A DNA stretch of 64,000 nt from Amoeboaphelidium protococcarum X5. Taxonomy: Eukaryota > Fungi > Aphelidiomycota. Below the pieces are notes generated by a model. It worked only from the letters and a program-made list of their open reading frames with translations, was not told where the DNA came from and searched no databases. Positions 50,751 to 62,945 of this stretch are shown here, piece after piece (position 1 is the first letter of the stretch; the number at the start of each line of letters is the position of its first letter). Location of the stretch: contig JALDTO010000146.1 in assembly GCA_023515725.1 (NCBI GenBank), positions 124,001 to 188,000 on the forward strand, in the 5' to 3' direction. The translations under genes were made by a program, and so were the position numbers.

Positions 50751-51074
50751 ATACATTTGTATCCAGTGACTTGAACTTGTTTATTTCTACTGTTCAGCCA
50801 CTGTATTGACTTGTCCAGATTGTCTATCCCTTTAACTGTTGGCGAAAACTCATATTCAATAAATACTTTTAAAGATGCCAAGTCTGTAAATAAGTTGAAC
50901 AAGAGAGAGAAAGAGAGAACAATGATGCAGTGTCCGTAAAAGGTGCCCAAAATTCAACTTGGCAAAACTTTTTATTCAAAATTACTTATTATCCATTACG
51001 GGCACTCGAATCGCTGCACTACCTCAATTCTTCGTAACAACATGCAGAGGTAGACTTTGTCTGGATGATTTAAA

Positions 51075-51900
51075 CTTCATAATAATGTTCAAAAACCGCC
51101 AACAGAAAGCACAATAGAGCCAAAATGAACCACATGTTATTGTTGTAACCGCCAAAAGCCATATCATTTAGTTGAGTACTTCCAATACTGCTCAGATTTA
51201 GACCAGCAGTTGAATTCTAGCATACACAACTGCTCGCAACCTGAGGATAAGGCTTTTGGGGATTGAGCTCACGGAAGAAGTAAGGCATAACGTACAAACT
51301 ACGGGGCCACAGGTGAAAGAAGCCTCCTTACCTTGGGAATTACAACGTTATGTACAGACGTCGGACTCCTTAGCACACTCAGCCCCGATATTCACTTCCA
51401 TACGCGTACGATTATTCATAAATCCATTGGACACAAAACCGTACAATTCGGACATTCTCGGAACTAAAAGGAGGTACGAGTATAGTCCATGGAGATGTTG
51501 TAGGCATAGTCAATCAATACAAAGTTATCGGGGTCTTCTCCAACGCGCAGAGCATCCTTCAAAATTTCAAAGTCATAATCGTCAGAGAACACTGGCTTCA
51601 ACGTAGCGGGCTCCGCCATGCCAGAGCACTAGCAAACACTACCAGTAGACTGTGCGCCACTAGAGTCGTATTAAACATAACAATGATTGTGCCATGTAAC
51701 CTTTTCAATTTCACTACAATACTCAGAACAGCGAGCAACCTTCTCATAACAAAATGACAAGCTTTTCTCACCGGAATGGGCAAGAGAAGAGACTGAATAT
51801 CCAGGTTGAACCAATTTTGCTTTCTGCTCTTTTACCATTACGCACAGAATTCAAATTCAAACAAGTTGTAGTTTTACGCCGAAGGTAGGGGAAAAACTGA
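51075..51900 (-). pseudogene. Frameshifted Cys-rich cell-surface (possibly GPI-anchored) protein remnant
   Basis: Two Cys modules (CYEKVARCSEYC..NHC..VCQC; CAKESDVCTQRC..FTC..SCVC) and a hydrophobic tail MWFILALLCFLLAVF lie in different frames. Confidence 0.4.
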
Positions 51901-52182
51901 GCAATATAAGCTGTAATATAGCACTTGATTAATGCAGGCGAATTGAGCAACAATTTTGACTTTGAGACAAAGTTTTGAATTGTTGGACACGCGCTGTCAT
52001 GTCATGACGCCTCATTCCATGAAGAATACAATAAAAGTATTGAACCGTATTACTGATACTAATCACAAACAAATCTGTAAATTTGACATTAATAGTGACA
52101 CTTAATGACTATTAATAAAGTGTCATAATAGTCAGAGCTAATTTGATTCATAGTTTGGCGAACCAGTAGTTAACATTGTTAC

Positions 52183-52217
52183 TGTTCCACTTATTGTTCC
52201 ACTTATTGTTCCACTTA
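52183..52217. repeat. 12-bp tandem repeat, about 3 copies (TGTTCCACTTAT)
   Basis: Read directly from sequence. Confidence 0.85.
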
Positions 52218-52317
52218 CAGTACGTCCCTTCCAAACAGAGAAAAATTCCATAAATCGGGTTCTCTATTTCACTCAATTCGAATCCCGACGAGACAAAGTC
52301 AGATCAAGGCGCCGAGT

Positions 52318-53601
52318 ATGAAATTGCGATTAACAATCTGCAGCCGTTCGTTGCGAAATCTGAAAAGATCGATCAAATCAAGTTCATCAACAGAGGCGGA
52401 ACAGTAGTCATATTAATATCATCATCACTCTGCCGAAAAGTTACCGCTCTTCCCATCATTATTATAATCATCGGTAAAGTTAAATTCGTGCAACTTTAAA
52501 TCGTAATAAGTAAGAGCGATATAAAATTTTAAAAGCATGCCTAGTATAGATTCTAGAATGTCATCGTCAAGTGGTAAAGAGAAAGTATGCCTTATCGGTA
52601 GCGGTAACTGGGGATCAGCCATTGCCAAGATTTGCGGTAATAATGTGGTAAAGCATAGCGATATTTTTGATTAGGAAGTCAAAATGTGGGTATTTGAAGA
52701 GATGGTGGATGGATAAAAGTTGACTGACATTATCAACACCAAGCACGAGAATACAAAGTACCTGCCTGGAATTAAACTTCCTTCTAATGTTGTCGCCAAT
52801 CCCGATGTCGTGGACACTTGCCGCGATGCCACAGTCTTGGTATTTGTCATTCCGCATCAGTTTGTGAAGAGCACCTGTGAGAAGTTGCGCGGTAAGATCA
52901 GACCGGATGCCAAGGCGATCAGTTTGATCAAAGGTGTCGATATCAAGATGGGTGGCCTCTCGTTGATCTCCGATGTCATACGTGAAGAGTTGAACATTGA
53001 TGTCAGTGCTCTGATGGGTGCCAATATTGCGAGCGAAGTTGCGCAGGAGTAATTTTGTGAGACCACCATTGGTTATGCCAACTTGGAGAATGGTAAACTG
53101 CTGGCCAAGCTATTTCACACTTCATACTTTCACGTGAGAATAGTTGATGATCATGCATCGGTTGAGCTGTGTGGTGCGTTGAAGAATGTCGTTGGTATCG
53201 CTGCTGGTCTTGTCGATGGCCTGAAGTTGGGTGACAATACCAAGGCCGCCATTATACGAATTGGTTTATAGGAGATGAGGAGATTCTGTAAACACTTTTA
53301 CAATGGCAAGGATGAGACCTTCTTTGAGAGTTGCGGTGTGGCTGATCTCATCACCACCTGCTATGGTGGTCGTAATAGAAAAGTGGCAGAGGCACACGTG
53401 GTGACTGGTAAATCATTTGAAGAGCTGGAGAAGGAGATGTTGAATGGATAGAAATTGCAAGGTACTTCCACCGCTCTGGAGATTCATGAAGTCTTGAAGA
53501 ACTAGAATCTGGTGCAAAAGTATCCGCTTTTCACTGCCGTCTACCGTATCGTGTATGAGAAGTACTCGCCTAGTCACATCATTGAAATTGACTCCCAGTG
53601 A
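52318..53601 (+). CDS. GPD1: NAD-dependent glycerol-3-phosphate dehydrogenase; alternative starts at 52318, 52537, 52558
   Basis: [51 protein letters not shown]; TGA 53599-53601. Confidence 0.93.
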
Positions 53602-53888
53602 GTCCGAGTTGATCATGTTGACAACTTGTAAAACATGACTGACATTGAGTAAACAGAATAGACAAGCTGGCTTTTGATATTAATTATGATATTTTATATT
53701 AATTTTGCAGTTTTTTATCGCGAAAGCTTCTATAATCACCAATACCAAATAAGGTTATAGATTACATCCTTGACAAGGTTCACTGAAGACTTTCAATCAG
53801 CGAAACATTTCCAGCAGTAGACATCACGTCCATTGATCACTTTATAAAAGTACATCAATACATTTAAAAAATATATTGAGCGAAAACT

Positions 53889-56354
53889 ATGAGATTTACG
53901 TATGTTATAGATGATTCATGGTCTATGGGATTAGAGTTTAAGATGTCTGATAATATAAAGTCTTAGTATGGAGCGAAGCCTTTCAGCAGATTGGACATGG
54001 CAAAGAGTGCGGCGGAGTATTGCTATCAGCTGGCACAGAAGAGAAAGATGATTTCTCACATGCTGTTTACTCGTGAACCAGTTGCTCTATTATCGGACCA
54101 AGATAAAGAATCTTCAGAAGGTCCAAGTGGTGGCAGTAGCGATTAACGCGATAATGATAGCGATCCACCTAATCGTTCTGATCGAGGCGAGTCTCCACCG
54201 CCCACTGGTAAACAGGGTAGTAATATTAATAGTAATGGATCAAAAGCTAATTTTGTACGAGCCATCAAGGCAGTTTAACTATCGCGTTAGTCTGTGCCAC
54301 ATGCGCATATATTTTAGCGTATAATGCAATCACTTCATCTTCTTGATGCTCAGTACCACCTGTTTCCTCTGACTCATGGTATATATCCGCGAGTGCATAT
54401 GCCGAACAATATTATTTACTTTACAACGCTTAGTCAATTGCGCGTCTCTTCCACCACCACAACTTCAAGTTCCTATTAGTAATAAACGAGTGGTGGTAGC
54501 GAGTTTATCGTCCCTGGTCTAACTGCGGCTGGTAGCGAGTTTTACCTTCAGCCATTCCGGATGGGCTAAAGGCTATTTGTGGTGGTGCTGGTGGATGCTG
54601 CCGTGATTAATGAAATCTCTCTTGACAAGTTGACTCCATCTCAGTCTATATATTGGCTCCATAAGATGTCCTCCGTAATGGGGGGTGAGACTTTCTTGTG
54701 TAGTACCTTGGAAGATACGTACAGAGTGGTGGAGAAGATTATGGGCGGCGTGCATAGACCTCAGTTCTTGCCTTATGTGCCTGATCAGTACGAGGATGGA
54801 TTTAAAGTACTTGGAACTATACCCCACGCTACCATTACACCTCTGCCCGTATTTCCGACCTGTGTTGCTGTTAACGTTAAAGTTGACGATTTTTCGGCAA
54901 ACGATGGCTCTGCGAGGGAGTATGAGCAGACAATTTATCTACAGATAGATCCTGTGGATTATGCATTATTTGATTACTTATCTTAATGTGGCAGTGGTAG
55001 TGGCAACAATAGCAACACCACTTCTTCTACAGATCAGTTACGAAGATTCGATTAAGTATGGGAGTAATATGCTAAACACATTGGCTACTGGCCCATGCCA
55101 GAGATGATTATGTAGTCTGGTGCATTGGGATTTATACGTAAATCAAGTTAAATTGCCTTTTCATGCATTGTGACATCTTCTTAGTCTGCTGATTCATAGG
55201 ATCCAGACTCTGCGTAGAGTTTACTTAATTAAGATTGGACTGCACATATTCCCGATGGACTGAATGTGAGCAGGTATCCATTACTTGGTGATAGTGAATT
55301 GGCTTCTATGCTGCTTAATCATCCTTAAAAGGAGACCCATAGCGTTCTATGTCTTTCTTAGACACCGCTGCCTTAGAACATGGCCCCTGATTTAAAACCC
55401 TTTGGATTCATCAAGGTGAACATGTAGAGTAATCAGGTTGAGCTTTGGGTTCTACCGTGGGATTTTCCAGTGTTGTTTGATCTGTTGCATGGATTAGAGT
55501 TGCTGGATTACCGACCTGATGAGTAATGGGTGCAGTCATTCCAGGCTTATTTGAATACTATGCCAGATTGTTACATGCGTCCTTTAAAGTATAACCTCAA
55601 GATGATGAAGCCCGATATGCCAGTTGATATCTTTAAACTTGCTGGCGGTAGCGGGAGCGTGTAAAATCTGACTCGTAGTCAATAATCATAAAGCACAAAT
55701 TTAATTTGGTATTAGCAGCAACTATTGACCAAGAGGTAGCGAGATAAAGTCAGTATTAGTACACCTATCCAGAATTTCCGATCTCTGATATTGAAGGTTC
55801 GTCTGAAAGCTACCGAGGATTTGATCGCGTTGAAGGATAAGCTTAATAAGTCGCTTTTGATTAATAGCGCTGCGTATGAAGATAAAATGTCTGTTGAAGA
55901 TATCGCTCGTCGTATCAGAGGTGATTCTGAAGGTAGAGGCATTGATTTCTACTTTGATCATTATGACAGAGATCCACTCAAGTTTGATTTCGCGCTTTAC
56001 AAAGCTTTATGTGGTAATGGTTATCGACCGCAGAATCAATCAAAAGTTTTAAATTCTCTGCCTCATCATGATCGTACCATCTGCCAGATTGCATTGTAGA
56101 ATGGATTCACACCATCGGTCATCGCGTAATTTCGTGTATAAATCAAGCATCCTCAACCGCGGTCTCCTCAGACATACCGGCATGAAATTAAGAAACTGCG
56201 GTTCATCAGTGAAGAGGACGAGTTGAGAGACAGGCTAACCGCGTACGGTAATCCATTCAGGCGGATTTCTATTAGAGATTTGCATGACTTTGAATCAGTC
56301 AATGGAGAAGACGTTGAGGATGGTGATGATCTAGATCCGAGTACACTTAATTGA
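53889..56354 (+). CDS. INTS6: Integrator complex subunit 6 (vWA domain)
   Basis: YVIDDSWSM..LDMAKSAAE, GSEFYLQPFRMGQRLFVVVL, GYWPMPE, PFGFIK..WVLPWDFPVL, SFQAYLNTMP..YMRPLK, YGNPF, collinear with recalled animal INTS6 motifs; 821 aa. Confidence 0.85.
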
Positions 56355-56568
56355 AGCTCATTTATATGCCGATTACAGTCTTTTTATTAAGAAATAAACA
56401 TAAAAAAGAATCGATACATCATTGGATATATATTCTAAGCCAGTTCCAGCATTAGCTAATGCAGTTTCTCGCTTACGACTTTTCCGCTCTCGTTCTCTCT
56501 CTCAACTATCTCAATTGTGGAAAAGCCGTTAACACTCACTCACCTTCATACTCAGTTAGACTTCCAAG

Positions 56569-58908
56569 ATGGGCCTGAAATATGATTATGATGATAGCGG
56601 ATATTATTTCAACTTCTTTCTGTTGGCAGTGGGAATTCTGGGGTTGATTGTACAGACTCTGCAGTTTTAAAGTTAGCGCCGCGCTGAGAGAGATGCAGCT
56701 TAGGCAGATAAAAACTCTGCGGTCATTACCAGCGAGGAAGTGTCCCGCTAAAAGTAGACCGATTTGAAGGTGTTAATGTCAAGAAGGAGGAAGGCCAAGG
56801 TGGGATGGATGTTCTCGCTGACTGCCGTCTTTTGCGTCTTCATGGTCTATCGCATATTTACTACTGAGCTCTCTGTGGATGAGGCGAGTCAGAAGCCGTT
56901 CGATCCGTATGAGATTCTTGGCGTACCAGTCGGTTCTGACATGGACACTATAAAGAAGTTGTACAAGTAGCTGTCTTTGCAATACCATCCGGATAAGGTG
57001 CCTGAGGAGAAGAGAGAAGAAGCCGCGGAGACTTTCATCCAGATCAGTAAAGCGTACAAGACCCTGACCGATGAGACTACTCGTAAGAATTGGGAAGAGT
57101 GGGGTCACCCTGATGGTCGATAGTCTATCTCTTTCTCTTATGGAATAGCGCTACCTGCGTGGATGGTCAGTCCATCTGGCGAGATTTACGTGCTGATTGT
57201 GTATGCTCTCATGTTCGGTCTTGGTCTACCGCTGCTGGTGAACAAATGGTGGTCCCACTCGAAGAGCTACTCTAGGGAGGGCATATTGAACATGACCATG
57301 TCCGTGATGTTCTAGGAGATGAAGGAGCAGGATGTGAGCTTTAAGCGTCTTATTGAGATTCTGTGTTGTGCTGTCGAGTTTAAAGAATTCGTCCCGTGGA
57401 GAGGTGAGCAAGACATGGATGCAGTCATGAAAGTGTTTAATCTTGTCCGCGATAAGGTCAAGGATAAGACTGGGGATAAGTTGGAGTTGCCCGCCAAGTA
57501 TAATGCTCCATACGTGTATAAAGCTTACGTTCTAGTTTATGCTCATCTATTTAGATTAATGCCAGAGGTGAGGGAGCAGTATCCTGAGTTGTATGCCGAT
57601 GCTTCGTACATTATTCCAAAGATGAGACATTTGTGCTAGAAGGGTGTCAGTTAGATTGCATCCGCCTCTTTCTGGCTATGGCAAGGTGTAATGTCTATGC
57701 GATTTACGCGTATGCTGGTCCAAGCCTCTACTGGTGGTGGAAATGGCTCTCCGTACGGCCTACCCGTGCCCAATGTCAATGGTAGATCTACATCTTACTG
57801 GATGCACATGGAGGCGAATGAACTTCATCAGATGCCACATTTTGATGCAGAAAAAATCAAGGCTTTAAAGAATCATAAAAAGACGAAGAATGTGAAAACT
57901 ATTGCAGATTTATTTAAAATCCCATTGCCTTAACGTTTGGATATCTTCAAGACTGTGCTTGGTATTGACGTGTCGTCTGATGAGGGCAGAAGGATAGTCA
58001 ATGACATTCTGATTGTGGGAAGAGCCATTCCATATATTGAGCTAGTTGATGCCAGCTATGAGTGTGTTGGGGAGCGCGATATAACTCCTGGGTGTCTGGT
58101 CACATTTAGCGCGACTGTGAAAGCTGTCAACTTTGTCGGAGATGGACAGGAGGTTGATGAAGCACAGGTACCATCTGATCTTGGCACTGAGTGGAAGCAA
58201 TTTATTGATCATCGACATGTGGAAGCGGTAGATTTGAAAGCCATCAGTGAGGATGACAATAAGGATGAAGACTAGAAGAGATCCGAGAAGATGGTCAAGA
58301 TTTTGAGTGGCAACTTGATGGACAATAGTAATGCGCCTGCTTATTCGCCGTACTATCCAGTTCCACAGACTGCACAATTCACGAAAGAGGCACAGCAGGA
58401 TGATTACGTCCACGAGCAGGTGCGTCCATCGTACTGTATGTGGCTCTGTAATCCTCGTAACAACAGAATTGTCGGACCTCCTGTGCCTATCCTTGATCTT
58501 TCTCCAATCTCGTACAATTAGGACAAGTTGATTGGCGCAGACGTGAAGAGCGGTCCTGGTAGATAGACTGTGAAGTTTAGATTTTATGCACCACAACAGG
58601 TTGGCGCGTTCTCATTTCAGTGTGTGGTTGAGGGTGATTGTTATACCGGCCACTCGCTAATGTAAGAGGCCATTATGAAAGTTGCGGAGGTGAACAAAGA
58701 GGAGGAGATGGTGCGCAAGAGAGAAAATGAAAAGATGTGGAAAGAGTTTGAACAGGATGAGGAAGAGTATCGTGCAATGATCAGCGGAGGATCGTAGAGT
58801 CTGCTGGGTGCCCCATCTTCCCAGTTGAATGGTGGCGGCGATGGGTCTGCAGACTCTGATGATACCGATACATCATCTGATGAGGACGACGATTCTGATA
58901 GTGACTGA
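56569..58908 (+). CDS. SEC63: ER translocon J-protein Sec63
   Basis: [37 protein letters not shown], Sec63/Brl domain, acidic tail. Confidence 0.95.
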
Positions 58909-59052
58909 CTGATATGTACTCCATCTCGATGAAAGTAATACAATACACTTATTACGATACTATTACTTTGGGTTTTCAAATAATTGCATCGGAACATATT
59001 ATGATGAAGCCATATAACAGTAAGTTTCAACTATAGAATCCGCTGTATAGAC

Positions 59053-59814
59053 TCATTCAACTTGTCTCTTGAGCCACTTGGTAAAATCACTAATTTCTTC
59101 ATCGCATGAACTGTGTCCCATACCTCTGTAAGTATGGAACTCTGACTGGGTGAACCCAAACTTTTACTTCAGAAGCTCTGAACTCTATTAACCATACGGG
59201 TAATGAACAACAACATCAGAGTCACCATGCGCGATAAATACTGGAACTGTTGACGCTTCACCAGTTTGACTGTCCTTCTACTTTGATCCCCACTACTTCA
59301 ATAGATGACCCGGCACAGGCATGTAAGAACTTAGAATTACCGCTGCATCAATCTTGACTTCATTCATTGATTTCAGCAGTGTATAGTACGTAACAGCACC
59401 GCCCTGAGAGAATCCACCTAAAATTAGCTTAGCATTAGAATTAGCTTGACGTTCCTGCTGGATCAGATTCAAAATTCTCTACCGAGATCTCTCCAGTCCA
59501 TTCAAATCTTCACGCGAATTCTCCGCCTTGAGTGAAGATTCATCATGTCTGGAATTACCATCATCATTGTGATGATAAGATTACAGCGGTCCACGAATAT
59601 CGTACCATGACGGCATAGAGTAGCCACCATTGATAGTGACAGGATGAGAGTCCGCATGGGGGAATATGAACTTGGTATTAACAAATGCCGGCTACAGCGA
59701 ACGACCCAACTCGGACCAGCCATGGCCAGAATCTCCAAGTCCATGAAGAAATATAAGTGTAGACTTGTGCTACTACAACGGAGCCAGTGTGATCATTTGA
59801 CGCGATTGAGACAT
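59053..59814 (-). CDS. Acyl-protein thioesterase / lysophospholipase (APT1/LYPLA family)
   Basis: [38 protein letters not shown]; 253 aa. Confidence 0.9.
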
Positions 59815-60211
59815 TATTCGGTTCATGCAATCAAAGATACAGTATATCCTGGATAATTATTTCTGTAAGCGAAGAATTGAAAAGACTTGAATGAGATTTT
59901 CTTGGAATTGATTACGCCGAGCATTTTACCTAAACCATCGAGATACTCACAAACGGCGATTAAAAAGAGTATTTTAAAGAAAAAGATTATCCTTATTGAA
60001 CGCCCTTCATATACAGTATAGTCAATAAGTTTCATCACAAAGCTCACCCGTTTCGGTGATGAAACACTTTTCTCTCCCAAACAACAACGTTTTACTTTCT
60101 CTCTTTAAAGTCTATCTATCTATCTATCAATCTATACTGATTCTAGACGTCATACTTTATATCATTAACTAGCCGAAAACTAAGTAATTTTTTTATCATC
60201 TCTGAGATAGT

Positions 60212-62497
60212 ATGTCATATCAAACTACAAATAATGTCTCTATTGCGGCGAATGAAGTATTTGGTGCTTTGAAGGAGAAGGCTCAGCTGGCATCTGTATT
60301 CTTCACTGATGTGGAACGTTCCATTGTCAAGGCTACGAATCGAGACCTGGTCGTACCAAAGTAGAAGCATGTGGCTATCATGCTGTCATGTACCTATGAT
60401 TCTAGTACTAATATTGCTTAGTTATTCAAGATTCTGGACTAGCGTATTAAAGGTGAGAAGAATTGGATTGTTGCCTTCAAGAGTTTGTTGTGTATCCATT
60501 ACTTTCTGCGTGATGGAAATAGTTAGAAAGTTCTGGCCTACTTGACCAGAGACAGTCTGGGTATTCTCAACTTGAGTGGATTCAGAGATAATGCTAGTGG
60601 CGGACAGGGAATGGAGTAGTCTAGGAATTTAAAAGGTTACGCTGCCTATCTGGAGGAGCGGGTGGCTGCTGCCAGAGATTTAGGCAAGGATTATTTGCGA
60701 TAGAATGATGTCGAATATGGACATAATAGAAGGTATAGCTCTGAGGATGCTTATGGTGGTGGTGGAAGTACCAGTAGAAGTGGTGGTTAGAATTAGACGA
60801 GTGTTAATAAAAACTCTCTTGTTGATAGAAAGTTTCCAGATAACAAGAAGGCTATATAAGATTTGCTTAGAGTTTTGGAGTCTCTCACTATAGCCAAGCC
60901 GTACACTGACTCTATAAATAATGAGATTACTGATGAGGCTTTCAAGTTGATGACTGCAGATCTGACTGTACTCTTTGTGCTACTGAATGAGGCTGTTGTA
61001 GAATTATTGAAATAGTTCTTCGCCTTGGAGAAGGCTGATGCTGTCAGTGCTTTGGAAATTTATGAAAAGTTTGCCACTGTCACCGAAGCTTGCCTGGAAT
61101 GGTTCAGTGTGGCAAAGAGGATTCAAATTGGTCAAGTTCCAGACATTTCTCATGCTCCTCTCTCCCTGGCTAAGACTCTGCGTGAGTATATATCATCTCC
61201 TGATTTTGAGCAGAATAGATTGGATAGAATATAGAAGTAGAATTCCCCTATTAAGGGTAACAAGTCCGGTGAGTAATAGTTGACTAAGAGTCGATCTGGA
61301 ATTGTTGATGTGTTTTCAGCAAATGCCAATAATAATGTTATGTCTAATAATAGTGCTCAGTAATTATCCAATGCTCAGCCTGAAGTTGATCTATTTGCTA
61401 TTGCTGCCCCTAATGGCTTATCTCCATCTCCATCTTAGTAGCTTTAGTCGAGCAGTGCAGCCAATGCGGGAATCTCTAGAAATCAATCTACTGATCTGTT
61501 TGGATTTTCACCTAATAATTAGTAGCCGCAATTATAATAGCAGCCGTAGCAATCGTAGTAAATGATGCAGGATGGTCGTGCGGTAGCGATTCTTAATCCG
61601 CAGTAAGCTGTAGCTCCTGTTGGTCGTATCAGTGAACTGTAAGATTTGTTTGGTGCTCCATAAGGTGCTGTTGCAATGTAAAGTAGTGGCAGTAATAATT
61701 AGTTGACCAACTTTTAGCTGCAATAACAGCAAAGTTCTGCCAGTTTTGCATCTTCTACAGTCGGTCCACTTCCTTAGTAAGGTAATCCCAATTATGGAAG
61801 ATATCCACTCTCTGGCAATCAGTCTGTACAGCAAGGATCTTATTCTGCTCCCTAAATGATGGCGATGCAAAATCAACAATATTCTTAGTAATCCTAGATG
61901 ATGGAAAGAGGATCAAGTGCTGCTGCTTTTGGATCAAGTAGCAATTCTCAATTACCGAACATGTCGTAGAATCAGCAGCTGCAATTCTAGTAATCTTAGC
62001 AGATGAGCAGACAGTCATCATCCATGTTTACTCAAGGTGGCCCGTAGTATGGTGGTCAGATGGTTCAGCCCGGTATGTCGACCCCTGGCCAAACGAGACC
62101 GCAAGCTCCATTTTCTGCGTCTATGCCAATGATGGGATCATAGTATTAATCTCAACCGTAGTAATAGTAGTAGTATTATAATGGAAGTGGTCCTGCATTA
62201 AATTAGTAGTAGGGTGGATAATTTGGATAGTAAGGACCGAATTATATTGCTGTTAACAATCCTGGCTTTCCCGGTGGCTTTCCTGGTGGGCCACAATCAT
62301 AGTAGTAATTTGGAATGAATTAGTTTGGCGGTCAGCAGAATTAAAATGCTCAAATGTTTACTGCACCTAATAATCAGCGGCAGTGGTAATAACAACCTTA
62401 ACAGTCGAACTACAACAATCCATTTAGTTCAGCGCAAGGTAATGGTATGGGCCAGTAGTAGCAGCGCCCGAGCGTTAATAATGACTCTTTAATTTGA
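60212..62497 (+). CDS. ANTH-domain clathrin adaptor (AP180/PICALM/Yap1801-like)
   Basis: IVKATN..PKQKHV, WIVAFKSL..HYFLRDG, YAAYLEER, LNEAVVELLKQFFALEK; Gln-rich tail with DLF and NPF motifs. Confidence 0.9.
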
Positions 62498-62945
62498 ATT
62501 AACTCTCTGATTGATTATGAAATGAAATGCTTTGTGTTTTGATTATTTTGAAAAAGTTTATACTTGATAGACTTGCGTCTTTACACTTCTTCGCATGACT
62601 GAATTTAAGACACTTGATGAATAATTGTAGCTGTAATAGGATGATTTGATCTTAGATATGCCAAATAGTTCAACATTTTATTTAGTAGCGGGCAGATGTT
62701 TCATAATCTTAGAGATTGCTATAAGGCAAATCGTCTATTTAATGCTTCTGATTATTAGTCGCCGCGACTCTAAAATTCTACACTTAATAAGCTAATCAAG
62801 GTGTATAATAGCACTGCAATTCGCATTCTTTAAAACATCGCATACATGATTGTACTGTATGATCATCACAAGCTAAGTGCTATGGTAACAACGATTAGTT
62901 GATCTTCACGCGTCACTCCCACCTATCGGTTGTCAAGTTGAAACA

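Noticed and set aside
52183-52217. CRISPR-like array
   Set aside because: Spacerless 12-bp tandem repeat in a eukaryotic context with no cas genes.
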